64,000 nt of DNA, taken from NCBI GenBank assembly GCA_038320885.1, contig JBBQER010000001.1:65931-129930 (forward strand). Direction: 5' to 3'. This stretch comes from Acidimicrobiia bacterium (GTDB lineage: Bacteria; Actinomycetota; Acidimicrobiia; IMCC26256; PALSA-610). The notes under the pieces are model-generated. The model was not told the DNA's origin. It searched no databases and saw only the letters and a list, made by a program, of their open reading frames with translations. Both the position numbers and the translations under genes were made by a program. This document shows positions 37,409 through 46,088 of the stretch, piece by piece. The first letter of the stretch is position 1; the number at the start of each line of letters is the position of its first letter.

Positions 37409-37967
37409 CGAGGTCTCCTCCGCTCGCGTCGAATGCCTTCTCTTCCAAACACGCGCGCAGTCGTTGGAGACCGCGCGACAGGTACGCCTTCACCGTGCCC
37501 ACCGAACAGCCGAGCGCGTCGGCCACGTCCTGCTCAGATAAGTCGTCGACGACCCGCATCACGACGACCGCGCGTTGACGCGGCGCCAATGTCACGAGTG
37601 CACGCTGGAGCACGTCGGCATCGGCAATGCGGTCGGCGCGAAACGATGTCGACGGCTCGACGTGCCGTTCGCGTTCCGCGTGCTTCCGCCGCACTGCCCG
37701 CCGGCGCCACGTCGAACGCACCTCGTTGACCACGGCTCGGCGCACGTACGCAGTCGGGTTGTCGATCTTGCCCTTCGCCCACCGTTCGTACATGCGCGCG
37801 AACGCTTCAGCGACAACGTCCTCCGCCAGCGCCGCGTCGCCCGTCATCGCGTAGGCCAACCGCAAGGCGGGCGATCGCTCTGCTTCGAACGTCTCCGCGA
37901 ACACGCCGAGATCGGACGCGGCAACGCTCGGTATGTCCGGGATCTCGCCTGCTACTGCCGGCACCAT
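37401..37967 (-). CDS. ECF-type RNA polymerase sigma-70 factor
   Basis: Region 2 (LRLAYAMTGDAALAEDVVAEAFARMYERW) and region 4 HTH (LSEQDVADALGCSVGTVKAYLSRGLQRLR). Confidence 0.88.
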   Translation of the reverse strand: MVPAVAGEIPDIPSVAASDLGVFAETFEAERSPALRLAYAMTGDAALAEDVVAEAFARMYERWAKGKIDNPTAYVRRAVVNEVRSTWRRRAVRRKHAERERHVEPSTSFRADRIADADVLQRALVTLAPRQRAVVVMRVVDDLSEQDVADALGCSVGTVKAYLSRGLQRLRACLEEKAFDASGGDLDA

Positions 37968-38056
37968 GCAATGTCCGACGCCATGCCCCGCAAAAAGGTT
38001 GTGCCGCCGGGAGAAAGACCCGACGGCACGTCCAGTTGAGTGCTCCGTGCCGGGCG

Positions 38057-38992
38057 CTAGACCGCGAGGAGATCGCGTGCGCCGGTGTCGGCGCTCGGGT
38101 GCCGCAGCTTCGACATCGCCCGGGCCTCGATCTGACGAATGCGCTCACGCGTGAGGTTGAAGTACTCGCCAACCTCTTCGAGTGTGCGCGGCTCACCGCG
38201 ATCGAGACCGAAACGCAGCGCCAGGATCTGACGCTCGCGCTCGTCGAGCGGTGCGAGCAGTTTCTCGATCTCGGCGGGCAGCAGTGCCGTGGCCGCGACT
38301 TCGAAGGGCGACTCGGCCGAGCGGTCCTCGACGATGTCGCCGAGCTCGGCGTCGCCGTCTTCCCGCAACGGTTCCGACAGCGAGAGGGGCTCGGCCGCGA
38401 AGCGCAACGCCTCGGTGACCTTGTCCTCGGGCATCTCGACCTCGGCTGCGAGCTCGCACAGCGTCGCCGGCCGACCCAGCTTGAGCTCCAAACGCGACCG
38501 CGCCTTCTGCAAGCGGGCAAGGGTGTCGCCGGCGTGGACCGGCAGCCGGATCGTGCGGCCGGTGTTGGCGATGCCGCGGGTGATCGCCTGGCGGATCCAC
38601 CACGTGGCGTACGTCGAGAATTTGAAGCCTTTGCGCCAGTCGAACTTCTCGACGGCGTGCATGAGCCCGAGGTTGCCCTCTTGAATGAGGTCGAGCAGCG
38701 GCAGGCCGGAGGCCTGGTACTTCTTGGCGATCGACACGACCAGCCGGAGGTTCGATTGCACGAAGGTGCGCTGCGCCTCGTCGCCGTTTCTCGCCGACCG
38801 GCGGAGCTCCCGCTTCTTGGCCGGCGTGAGGGACTTCGCCCGCAGCATCTGCTCGCGCGCAGCGTTGCCACCCTCGATCTGCTGCGCGAGGCGAACCTCG
38901 TCGTCTTTGGTGAGCAACGGGTACTGCCCGATGTCGGTCAGGTAGAGCCGGACAAGATCCTCTTCGTCCCGCTCGACACGTTCTTTCGCCAA
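38057..38992 (-). CDS. RNA polymerase sigma-70 factor, group 1/2 (SigA/SigB-like)
   Basis: Regions 1.2 to 4.2 are intact (DLVRLYLTDIG, IQEGNLGLMHAVEKFDWRKGFKFSTYATWWIRQAITR, LTRERIRQIEARAMSKLRHP). No long region 1.1. TTG start with GAAGGA upstream. Confidence 0.93.
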   Translation of the reverse strand: MAKERVERDEEDLVRLYLTDIGQYPLLTKDDEVRLAQQIEGGNAAREQMLRAKSLTPAKKRELRRSARNGDEAQRTFVQSNLRLVVSIAKKYQASGLPLLDLIQEGNLGLMHAVEKFDWRKGFKFSTYATWWIRQAITRGIANTGRTIRLPVHAGDTLARLQKARSRLELKLGRPATLCELAAEVEMPEDKVTEALRFAAEPLSLSEPLREDGDAELGDIVEDRSAESPFEVAATALLPAEIEKLLAPLDERERQILALRFGLDRGEPRTLEEVGEYFNLTRERIRQIEARAMSKLRHPSADTGARDLLAV

Positions 38993-39213
38993 TGCCCAAT
39001 CCTTCGTCCGTGCAGGCGGTGAGCTTGCTCGATCACGTCGGACCTGACCCGAGCAGCCCCTGCGAGCTCGGCGCCTCCCATCCGCGTATTAGTACGATAC
39101 ATACCTAGTCAAGCGCCTCTTTTTACCCCTCGAACGTGCTCACAACGAGTCCGTCGACCTATTGCAAACGCGCCGCGAGCCATATATCCGCGAGTCGAGC
39201 AGAGGAGTCGGGC

Positions 39214-39534
39214 ATGACCACCGACGTCGAGATAGCGGTCCTCACCGCCGCGTTCACCGCTCGTCCGGACCATGAGTCCGAGCTCGCCGCGGTGTTGGCG
39301 CGGTACGTCGTTCTCGCCCGCGGCGAGGCCGCCTGCCGCAACGTCGACCTCCTCACTTCCGCCACCCAGAGTGGCAGATTCGTGGTGATCGAGAAGTGGG
39401 AATCAGCCGGCGCGGCGCGCGCCCACCTCGACACCCCGCTCATGGTCGACATGGCGGCCGCCGTCGTTCCCCTGCTCGCGGAGAAGCCCACGATCGACCT
39501 ACTCGACGCAATCTCGGCCCACGATCTGGACTGA
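39214..39534 (+). CDS. Antibiotic-biosynthesis-monooxygenase (ABM) domain protein
   Basis: 106 aa. ATG with AGAGGAG upstream. Ferredoxin-like pattern (FVVIEKWESAGAARAHLDTP). Confidence 0.75.
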   Translation: MTTDVEIAVLTAAFTARPDHESELAAVLARYVVLARGEAACRNVDLLTSATQSGRFVVIEKWESAGAARAHLDTPLMVDMAAAVVPLLAEKPTIDLLDAISAHDLD

Positions 39535-39545
39535 CTGACCGACGC

Positions 39546-40148
39546 TTATTTCTGGCGGAGGATGTCGACCGGGACTTTCGAGGGGCCGCGGTCGGCGGCG
39601 CCGGTCTCCTTGCAGACCTCGCGGACGCCGGCGTAGGTCATGCTCGGCGCGTTCCAGCACCGCTCGAAGGCGGCGTCGGCGACGTCGGTGAAGCCGTGCT
39701 GGAGCCGGAAGTCGTAGAGCTCGCGCTGACGCCGTACCGGCATGCCCAACCGCTCGGCTCGCCCGATCGCGTAGATGTCCCACGCGATCCGCTCACCGCG
39801 AGGAAGCTCCCGGTCGCCCGGCGCGTCGGCGAAATCCTCGGACAGCCGGTCCTTCGCCCGCAGCAACATGACCCCGAAGTCGGATCGGGCCTGGTCGGGT
39901 GCGAATGTGCGGGGGCTGCGGGTGTCTTCGAGGTTGGCGGCCGACACCCAGAGGACGGCGCGACCGTCGACCACATCGGTCATGTGCCCGGTGAGCGGCG
40001 GGAACAGCTCCTCGTCGACCTCCACCGTGATCTCGACGCCGGGCGGGAACTCCACGGTGGCCGCTACGTCTTCGACGAGCGAGGCGATTGTCGGCGCGTC
40101 GAACGGGATCAGCGTGAAGGGATCGGGCGTGACGGTGACTCGGCTCAC
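39546..40148 (-). CDS. Hypothetical protein, last gene of the ferritin-like cluster
   Basis: 200 aa from GTG 40148. High GC3, and no motif that I recognise. Confidence 0.55.
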   Translation of the reverse strand: MSRVTVTPDPFTLIPFDAPTIASLVEDVAATVEFPPGVEITVEVDEELFPPLTGHMTDVVDGRAVLWVSAANLEDTRSPRTFAPDQARSDFGVMLLRAKDRLSEDFADAPGDRELPRGERIAWDIYAIGRAERLGMPVRRQRELYDFRLQHGFTDVADAAFERCWNAPSMTYAGVREVCKETGAADRGPSKVPVDILRQK

Positions 40149-40164
40149 GACGAGATGTTGTGAG

Positions 40165-40998
40165 CTACGAGCTCTGCGCGTTGAGCGCGGCGGTCGCCAT
40201 CTCGGCCATCTCACGCGCCTGCTCGGTCGACTCGCGCGCGAGCGCCGAGAGGGAATCGTTCTCCTCTTCGGTGAACCCGGCGAGCTCACGGAAGCGGCGA
40301 GCGAGCTGGATCACGTTCTCCTCCTCGTCGCCGCGGAAGCCACCGAGGTTGAAGATGGCGTCGACCGTGCGCTGGAACTCAAGGGCGCGCTCGCGCCGCT
40401 CGGGGTCCTTGTCGGTGAGGCGGCGCAGCCAGTCGGAGCCCATCTTCACGTGGGTCACCTCGTCGGCGAGCATCCAGTCTTCGCAGAACTCCAGCACCGG
40501 GTCGCCCGACTCGTTCCCGAATTCCTTCATCGTGCTGAACACGTCGATGGCGAGACCCTCGAGCGCGCGGTTGACACCGCAGAGGCGCAGCACCGGGTCG
40601 GGGTTGCACGCGGCCGAGTAGAGGAACGTGCTCTCGGTGTACTCCCCGATCTCGGTTCCCATGTGGTCGCCGAGCTTGATCGAGATCTCGCAGTGCCGCG
40701 ACTCGTCCCAACACTGGCGCGCCATGTCGAGCTTGAGCTGGAACGGCGCTTCGGTGTCGTCGAAGTCGAAGCAGGTGCGGCCCGCGCCTTCGAGCGCCTG
40801 GACCTCGCCCACGAAGATGCCGTGCATCAACGAACGGGAGCGCTCGGCTGCGGCGGGACGGTCGGTGGCCATCTTGGCCGGACCGGTGTTGCGGGCCGCG
40901 ATCTTGGCGCCACGCGGGTCGAAGATGCGGTCTTCGATCTTGGAGCGGACGAACCGCTCGTCACGGGCGAGCTCGGACTCGGGGAGCATCTTCTTCAT
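40165..40998 (-). CDS. Ferritin-like di-iron protein (DUF455-type)
   Basis: 277 aa. Two E...ExxH pairs (EVQALE...DESRH and ALEGL...DEVTH). ATGA overlap with the upstream gene. Confidence 0.75.
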   Translation of the reverse strand: MKKMLPESELARDERFVRSKIEDRIFDPRGAKIAARNTGPAKMATDRPAAAERSRSLMHGIFVGEVQALEGAGRTCFDFDDTEAPFQLKLDMARQCWDESRHCEISIKLGDHMGTEIGEYTESTFLYSAACNPDPVLRLCGVNRALEGLAIDVFSTMKEFGNESGDPVLEFCEDWMLADEVTHVKMGSDWLRRLTDKDPERRERALEFQRTVDAIFNLGGFRGDEEENVIQLARRFRELAGFTEEENDSLSALARESTEQAREMAEMATAALNAQSS

Positions 40999-41648
40999 GC
41001 GACTGATACCTCCTGTGCCGGTTCTCCCAGGCTACCGGGACCGGCTATCCCTCCCGACGCCAGCGCGAGCTTCTCGAGCTCCTCTTGGCGGCGGCCGGCT
41101 CTCTCTATCTTCTCGGGCGTGTCGAGCAACGACTGGATGAGCATCTCGCCGTCTCGCCAATCGTCGAATTCGTCCTGCAGTGCGAACGAGAGCGACCGGA
41201 TGGTCGGCGCGTCGGTAATCCGGCTGGTTCCGTTGAGGTGGTACGTATACGCGGCGATGAACCGCGGGATCAGCACGCGGTAGACGCCGACGAGCTTCTC
41301 GATCGTGTGCTCGGGCGCCTCGGGCTCGCGCACCGCGTCCATGAACGTGACGAACGCGTCGTTGGCGGGCACGGTGAGCCGCTCGGGGTTCATCTCGCGC
41401 AGCTCCGGCAGGCGCTTGTGCCACAACTCGCTGTGCCAGGCGTGGTGATAGCAGTGCCGACCGAGCACCAACTTCACGTCGAGCTCGGGGACCGTGGCGA
41501 CCCATCCGCCCAGCACCTCGAAGAGGCGCATCTCGGCCCACTTGTAGTTGCCGACCCGCCGGGCGGTCTCCTCCACGGAGAACAGGCCGGGGAGCTCCCG
41601 TCGGTCCCAGGGCGCGAAAGGAGCACGGGGCTTGGTCTCGTCGGTCAC
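40995..41648 (-). CDS. Helical ferritin-like partner protein (hypothetical)
   Basis: Last 217 aa of track ORF 40995..42077, from GTG 41648. All-helical, with AEMRLFEVLGGW and HHAWHSELWH (ExxH) motifs. Confidence 0.55.
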   Translation of the reverse strand: MTDETKPRAPFAPWDRRELPGLFSVEETARRVGNYKWAEMRLFEVLGGWVATVPELDVKLVLGRHCYHHAWHSELWHKRLPELREMNPERLTVPANDAFVTFMDAVREPEAPEHTIEKLVGVYRVLIPRFIAAYTYHLNGTSRITDAPTIRSLSFALQDEFDDWRDGEMLIQSLLDTPEKIERAGRRQEELEKLALASGGIAGPGSLGEPAQEVSVA

Positions 41649-41680
41649 GGGGGCATTTTCACCGCCCCTTGACCGCTCGG

Positions 41681-42616
41681 TCAAGTAGGGAGCTCGGCCC
41701 GGCCGCGGCGCCACGCCCGGGACTCCGCGATGAGGATGCCGCCGAAGATCACGACGGCTCCGAGTCGCTCGCCCACGAGATAGCCCACGAACCCGGCAAC
41801 CACCGGCTCGAACAGCAGGATCACCGCGGCCCGACTCGGCGCGACGAACCGCTGGCCCCACAGCTGCAGGGTGAAGGCGATCGCGCTGCACACGACGCCG
41901 GTGAACACGACCGCGCCGAGCGCTCCCGCGGTGACGTCGCCGAGGCCCGTCACGAGCACCGCCGGAACGGCGCACACCCCGACCACGACCATCTGCAGCG
42001 CTGTGAGCGCGACCGGATCGAAGCGATGCGAGAGGGCTCCTCCCATGAAGATCCAGATACCGAACATCAGCGCGCAACCGAGCTCCAACGCGTCACCGGC
42101 GCCGAGCCGCAACGACGCGCCGGTCAGCAGGAACAAACCGACGGCCGAAACGCCCACTGCGATCACCACGTTGCGACTCGGTAGTCGCCGCGTCACGGCT
42201 GTCTCCACCAACGGCGTGAACACGACGAACAGACCGGTGATGAACGCCGCATTCGATGTCGTCGTCCGCTCGAGTCCCGCGTTCTGCAGCCAGTAACCGG
42301 CGAACCCGACCCCGCCGAAGCCGAGCGCGGCGATCAAGAAGTCCCGCGGGCTCGCATCGATGCCCGCCCGGCGCCATCCCCGCCGCAACGCGAACGGCGT
42401 GAGCGCGATCGTCCCCACGATGAACCGCAGCAGGATGAAGCCGGCCGGCGTGAGGTGTTCGAGCGCGTTTTGCACGATCTTGAACGTGCTGCCGTACGCG
42501 ATCGTCGCTGCGACGAGGGCGAGCTCCGGCACGAGCGGTCGCCGGGTCTGCCATTCCGATTGGCTCCCTCGGTCGGCCGGAGCGCCTCCGGCACGGCCTC
42601 CCGGCGTTCGCGACAC
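41681..42616 (-). CDS. EamA/DMT-family transporter
   Basis: About 10 TM segments with two EamA repeats (AATIAYGSTFKIV...). The GTG directly follows the nadE stop, and the real start may lie further downstream. Confidence 0.85.
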   Translation of the reverse strand: MSRTPGGRAGGAPADRGSQSEWQTRRPLVPELALVAATIAYGSTFKIVQNALEHLTPAGFILLRFIVGTIALTPFALRRGWRRAGIDASPRDFLIAALGFGGVGFAGYWLQNAGLERTTTSNAAFITGLFVVFTPLVETAVTRRLPSRNVVIAVGVSAVGLFLLTGASLRLGAGDALELGCALMFGIWIFMGGALSHRFDPVALTALQMVVVGVCAVPAVLVTGLGDVTAGALGAVVFTGVVCSAIAFTLQLWGQRFVAPSRAAVILLFEPVVAGFVGYLVGERLGAVVIFGGILIAESRAWRRGRAELPT

Positions 42617-44233
42617 CTACCCCGGCCAGCGGTTGGTGATCGGGGGCCGGCGGTCCTTGCCGAAGGCTTTGCGCGAGACACGCACGCCGGGTGGTGCCTG
42701 CCGTCGTTTGTACTCGTTGCGGTCGACCATGCGCGCGACTCGACGCGCGAGCTCCGCATTCACGCCGCGCGCGGCGAGCTCCGCGACCGACTGGTCACCC
42801 TCGACGTAGCCCTCGATGATCGGATCGAGCTCGGCGTAGTCGGGGAGCGAATCCGTGTCCTTCTGACCCGGACGCAACTCGGCCGACGGCGGCTTGTCGA
42901 TGACAGCCCGCGGGATCACTTCGCGCGCGGCACGCTCGTTGAGGTCGTCGCACAACGCGTAGACGAGGGTCTTCGGGACATCCTTGATCACCGCGAAGCC
43001 GCCGGCCATATCGCCGTACAGCGTGGCGTAGCCGGTCGCCATCTCACTCTTGTTGCCGCAGCTGAGCACCATCCAGCCGAACTTGTTGGAGATCGTCATC
43101 ACGACATTGCCGCGGATACGAGCCTGCAGGTTCTCCTCGGCAACGTTGGGCGCCGCCCCCGCGAACGCCGGCGCCAGCATCTCCTCGAACGCAGCGTGCG
43201 CGGGCTCGATGGGCACCGTGTAGATCCGGATGCCGAGCCGACCGGCGAGCGCGACCGCATCCGCGACGCTGCCTTCGCTCGAGTAGCGCGACGGCAACAT
43301 GACGCCGTTCACGTGCTCGGCACCGAGCGCATCGACGGCAATAGCGGCCACGAGCGACGAGTCGACGCCGCCCGAGAGACTTATCAGCACGTCGTGGAAG
43401 CCGTTCTTGCGCACGTAGTCGCGAGTACCGAGCACGAGCGCTTCGTAGATCTCGTGCACGGGCGTGAGCACGGGCTCGACGCGTGCTGCGGTCGGCGCCG
43501 AGTCGTCGAAGTCGACGACGAGGAGATCTTCCGAAAACTGCTTGGCCCGCGCGACGAGTCGTCCGTGCGCGTCGAACACGAGCGACGCGCCATCGAACAC
43601 GAGCTCGTCCTGGCCACCGATCAGGTTGACATACACGACGGGGACGCCCGCTTCGCGGCTCCGTACCGCAAGCATGTCCTCGCGTTCGCGGAGCCGCCCG
43701 GCGAAGTACGGCGAAGCGTTGATGTTCACGACGATCTCGGCGCCGTTGGCGACCATCGCGAGGATGGGCTCGGGCGCCCAGATGTCTTCGCAGATCGAAA
43801 CCGCGACCCTCGCTCCCGCGATGTCGTAGTTTGCTCCTGCTTCGGTTGACGGCGTGAAGTAACGCTGCTCGTCGAACACGGAGTAGTTCGGCAGTCGCTG
43901 CTTGCGGTACACGCCGACGATCTCGCCGTTCGCGCACACGGCCGCCGCGTTGTAGAGATCGGCGCCGACGCGCTCCGGGAAGCCGATGACCGCCGTGCAG
44001 GCGCCGGTGCGCGCCGCGAGCTTCGCGACCGTCTCGGCGGCCTCGGCGACGAACGCGGGCTTCAACAGAAGATCTTCGGGCGGATAGCCGGTGACCGCGA
44101 GCTCGGGGAACACGACGAGATCGCAGCTCTCGGCGACCGATCGCTCGTAGGCGTCGAGCACGCGCTCCGCATTGCCGACGAGATCGCCCACCACGACATT
44201 GATCTGGGCCGCGGCAACGCGTAGTCGGGTCAC
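42617..44233 (-). CDS. nadE: Glutamine-dependent NAD+ synthetase
   Basis: N-terminal CN-hydrolase domain (LRVAAAQINVVVGD, VVFPELAVTGYPPEDL) plus a synthetase domain with SGGVDSS. The start is GTG 44233 or GTG 44263. Confidence 0.92.
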   Translation of the reverse strand: MTRLRVAAAQINVVVGDLVGNAERVLDAYERSVAESCDLVVFPELAVTGYPPEDLLLKPAFVAEAAETVAKLAARTGACTAVIGFPERVGADLYNAAAVCANGEIVGVYRKQRLPNYSVFDEQRYFTPSTEAGANYDIAGARVAVSICEDIWAPEPILAMVANGAEIVVNINASPYFAGRLREREDMLAVRSREAGVPVVYVNLIGGQDELVFDGASLVFDAHGRLVARAKQFSEDLLVVDFDDSAPTAARVEPVLTPVHEIYEALVLGTRDYVRKNGFHDVLISLSGGVDSSLVAAIAVDALGAEHVNGVMLPSRYSSEGSVADAVALAGRLGIRIYTVPIEPAHAAFEEMLAPAFAGAAPNVAEENLQARIRGNVVMTISNKFGWMVLSCGNKSEMATGYATLYGDMAGGFAVIKDVPKTLVYALCDDLNERAAREVIPRAVIDKPPSAELRPGQKDTDSLPDYAELDPIIEGYVEGDQSVAELAARGVNAELARRVARMVDRNEYKRRQAPPGVRVSRKAFGKDRRPPITNRWPG

Positions 44234-44270
44234 CGCGCCAGGATAATGACGGTCGTGCCACACTCGATCG

Positions 44271-44819
44271 ATGACATGGGACGGTGACGACTACCAAGCC
44301 CGCTTCGACTCGCTCGCAGCGCGCGGTGTCGACGTGCACGGCGAGGTCGCGTTCCTGCTCGGGCTCGATCCGATCCTGACGTCGGTGCTCGATGCGGGCT
44401 GCGGCACCGGCCGAGTTGCGATCGAGCTCGCACGACGCGGGGTCACGGTTGTCGGAGTCGACGTCGATGCCTCGATGCTTTCCACGGCGCGCAAGGCCGC
44501 ACCCGACATCGACTGGCATGAGCACGATCTGGCGACGCTCGACCTCCGCCGAACGTTCGACACCGTGGTGATGGCCGGCAACGTGCTGCTCTTCACCCCG
44601 GCCGGCACCCACGCCGCAGTTGTCGCCGGGTGCGCCCGTCACATCGCGCCGGGCGGCGGACTCGTCGCCGGCTTCCAGCTCGGCCGCGGCTACGACCTCG
44701 ATGCGTACGACGAGCAATGCACCGCCGCCGGGCTCACGCTCGCCGAGCGCTACGCGGGCTGGGCGCGCGAACCGTTCCCGGGCGCCGGCGACTACGCCCT
44801 GACCGTCTCCCGGTTCTGA
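44271..44819 (+). CDS. Class I SAM-dependent methyltransferase
   Basis: Motif I VLDAGCGTGRVAIELA, 182 aa. Confidence 0.8.
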   Translation: MTWDGDDYQARFDSLAARGVDVHGEVAFLLGLDPILTSVLDAGCGTGRVAIELARRGVTVVGVDVDASMLSTARKAAPDIDWHEHDLATLDLRRTFDTVVMAGNVLLFTPAGTHAAVVAGCARHIAPGGGLVAGFQLGRGYDLDAYDEQCTAAGLTLAERYAGWAREPFPGAGDYALTVSRF

Positions 44820-44845
44820 GCCGCGGGATCTCGGGAATCAATTTG

Positions 44846-44875
44846 TATCGTGATCGGTTACGATATATCGTGATC
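44846..44875. promoter_or_regulatory. Candidate PadR operator
   Basis: TATCGTGATC is repeated at 44846 and 44866 (20-bp phase). There is also TATCGT-n8-ACGATA and the 12-bp palindrome ACGATATATCGT. The site lies 31-60 bp upstream of the padR ATG. Confidence 0.35.
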
Positions 44876-44906
44876 AGTCAAGAGTGTTCTTCGGAAGGAG
44901 TTCCAT

Positions 44907-45422
44907 ATGCAAGAGCACCAACACAGAGGTGGCGGCAGAGGCCGTCACGGCGGCCGGGATGGCCGCTGGGGCGGGCCCCGGATGCGCAGAGGCGACATTC
45001 GGACCGCAGTTCTGGCCGCTCTCACAGAGGCCCCGGGTCACGGCTACGACGTGATGCAGAACCTCGAGGAGAAGTCGGGTGGAGCCTGGCGACCGAGCCC
45101 CGGCTCGGTGTACCCGACGCTGCAGCTGCTCGAAGACGAGGGCCTCGTCCGCTCGACCGAGCGTGACGGCAAGCGCGTGTTCGAGATCACCGAGGCCGGA
45201 CGGACCGAGTCGGCCGAGCGCATCGAGCAGGCCGGCGGCACGCCGTGGGAGCTCGCGGGCAAGGGCCCGAAGCGAAACCGCGAGGTGCGCGACGCGTTCG
45301 CGCAGCTGTACCAGGCGTTCAAGCAGATCGCGACGGTCGGCACCCCCGATCAGGTCGACCGGGGACTCGCGATCGTCAACGACGCCCGCAAGCAGCTGTA
45401 CCAAATCCTCGCCGCCGAGTAG
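44907..45422 (+). CDS. PadR-family transcriptional regulator
   Basis: GGAAGGAG RBS. Winged helix LAALTEAPGHGYDVMQNLEEKSGGAWRPSPGSVYPTLQLLEDEGLV. Confidence 0.88.
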   Translation: MQEHQHRGGGRGRHGGRDGRWGGPRMRRGDIRTAVLAALTEAPGHGYDVMQNLEEKSGGAWRPSPGSVYPTLQLLEDEGLVRSTERDGKRVFEITEAGRTESAERIEQAGGTPWELAGKGPKRNREVRDAFAQLYQAFKQIATVGTPDQVDRGLAIVNDARKQLYQILAAE

Positions 45423-45477
45423 AGCGGCGAACGCCTTTGATGAGAAAACGTGACGGCTCAGCCGGCCGCCATTTGGG

Positions 45478-45951
45478 TCAGCCGGCGTCGGCGGCGGCGT
45501 ACAGCGCGGCGATGTCGATCTTCTTCATGCCGAGCATGGCCCTCATCCCCCGCTCGAGGCGTCCCTGGTCGGGATCGGTCATCATCTCGGCCATCGCCTC
45601 GGGGCACACCTGCCACGAGAGGCCGAACTTGTCCTTGAGCCAACCGCACTGGCACTCTTAGCCGCCCTCGGAGAGCTTGTACCAGTAGTAGTCGATATCG
45701 GCTTGGTCCTTGCAGTTGATCAACATCGAGATCGCTTCGTCGAAGGTGAACTGCGGGCCGCCGTTGATGGCGGTGATCTCCTGACCGTCGAGCAGGAAGT
45801 CGACCGTCAGCACCTCGCCGGCCGGGCGCGGACCGGCATCGGTGTAGTGGCTCACGGCCTTGATCTTCGAGTTCGGGAAGACGGACACGTAGAACTCGGC
45901 CGCCTCCAGGCTCTCGGTGTCGAACCAGAGGTTGGGTGTGATCCGGGGCAT
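45478..45951 (-). pseudogene. PhnB/VOC-like (3-demethylubiquinone methyltransferase-domain) gene interrupted by an in-frame TAA
   Basis: MPRITPNLWFDT...YYWYKLSEGG-TAA(45658-45660)-ECQCGWLKDKFGLSWQVCPEAMAEMM...KKIDIAALYAAAADAG-TGA. The frame is the same on both sides of the stop. AGGAG RBS upstream. Confidence 0.75.
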
Positions 45952-46088
45952 CGCAAGTCTCCTGTAGCAGGCGTTCGGTCGTCACAGGTACAGACCGTCG
46001 CCCTCCGCAGAACTCATCGCGCCGCAACGCAAGGACTCGAGGACCCGATCCGGTGGTCGAAGTCCTCGATCCCCTTCGCGTCTGAGTG

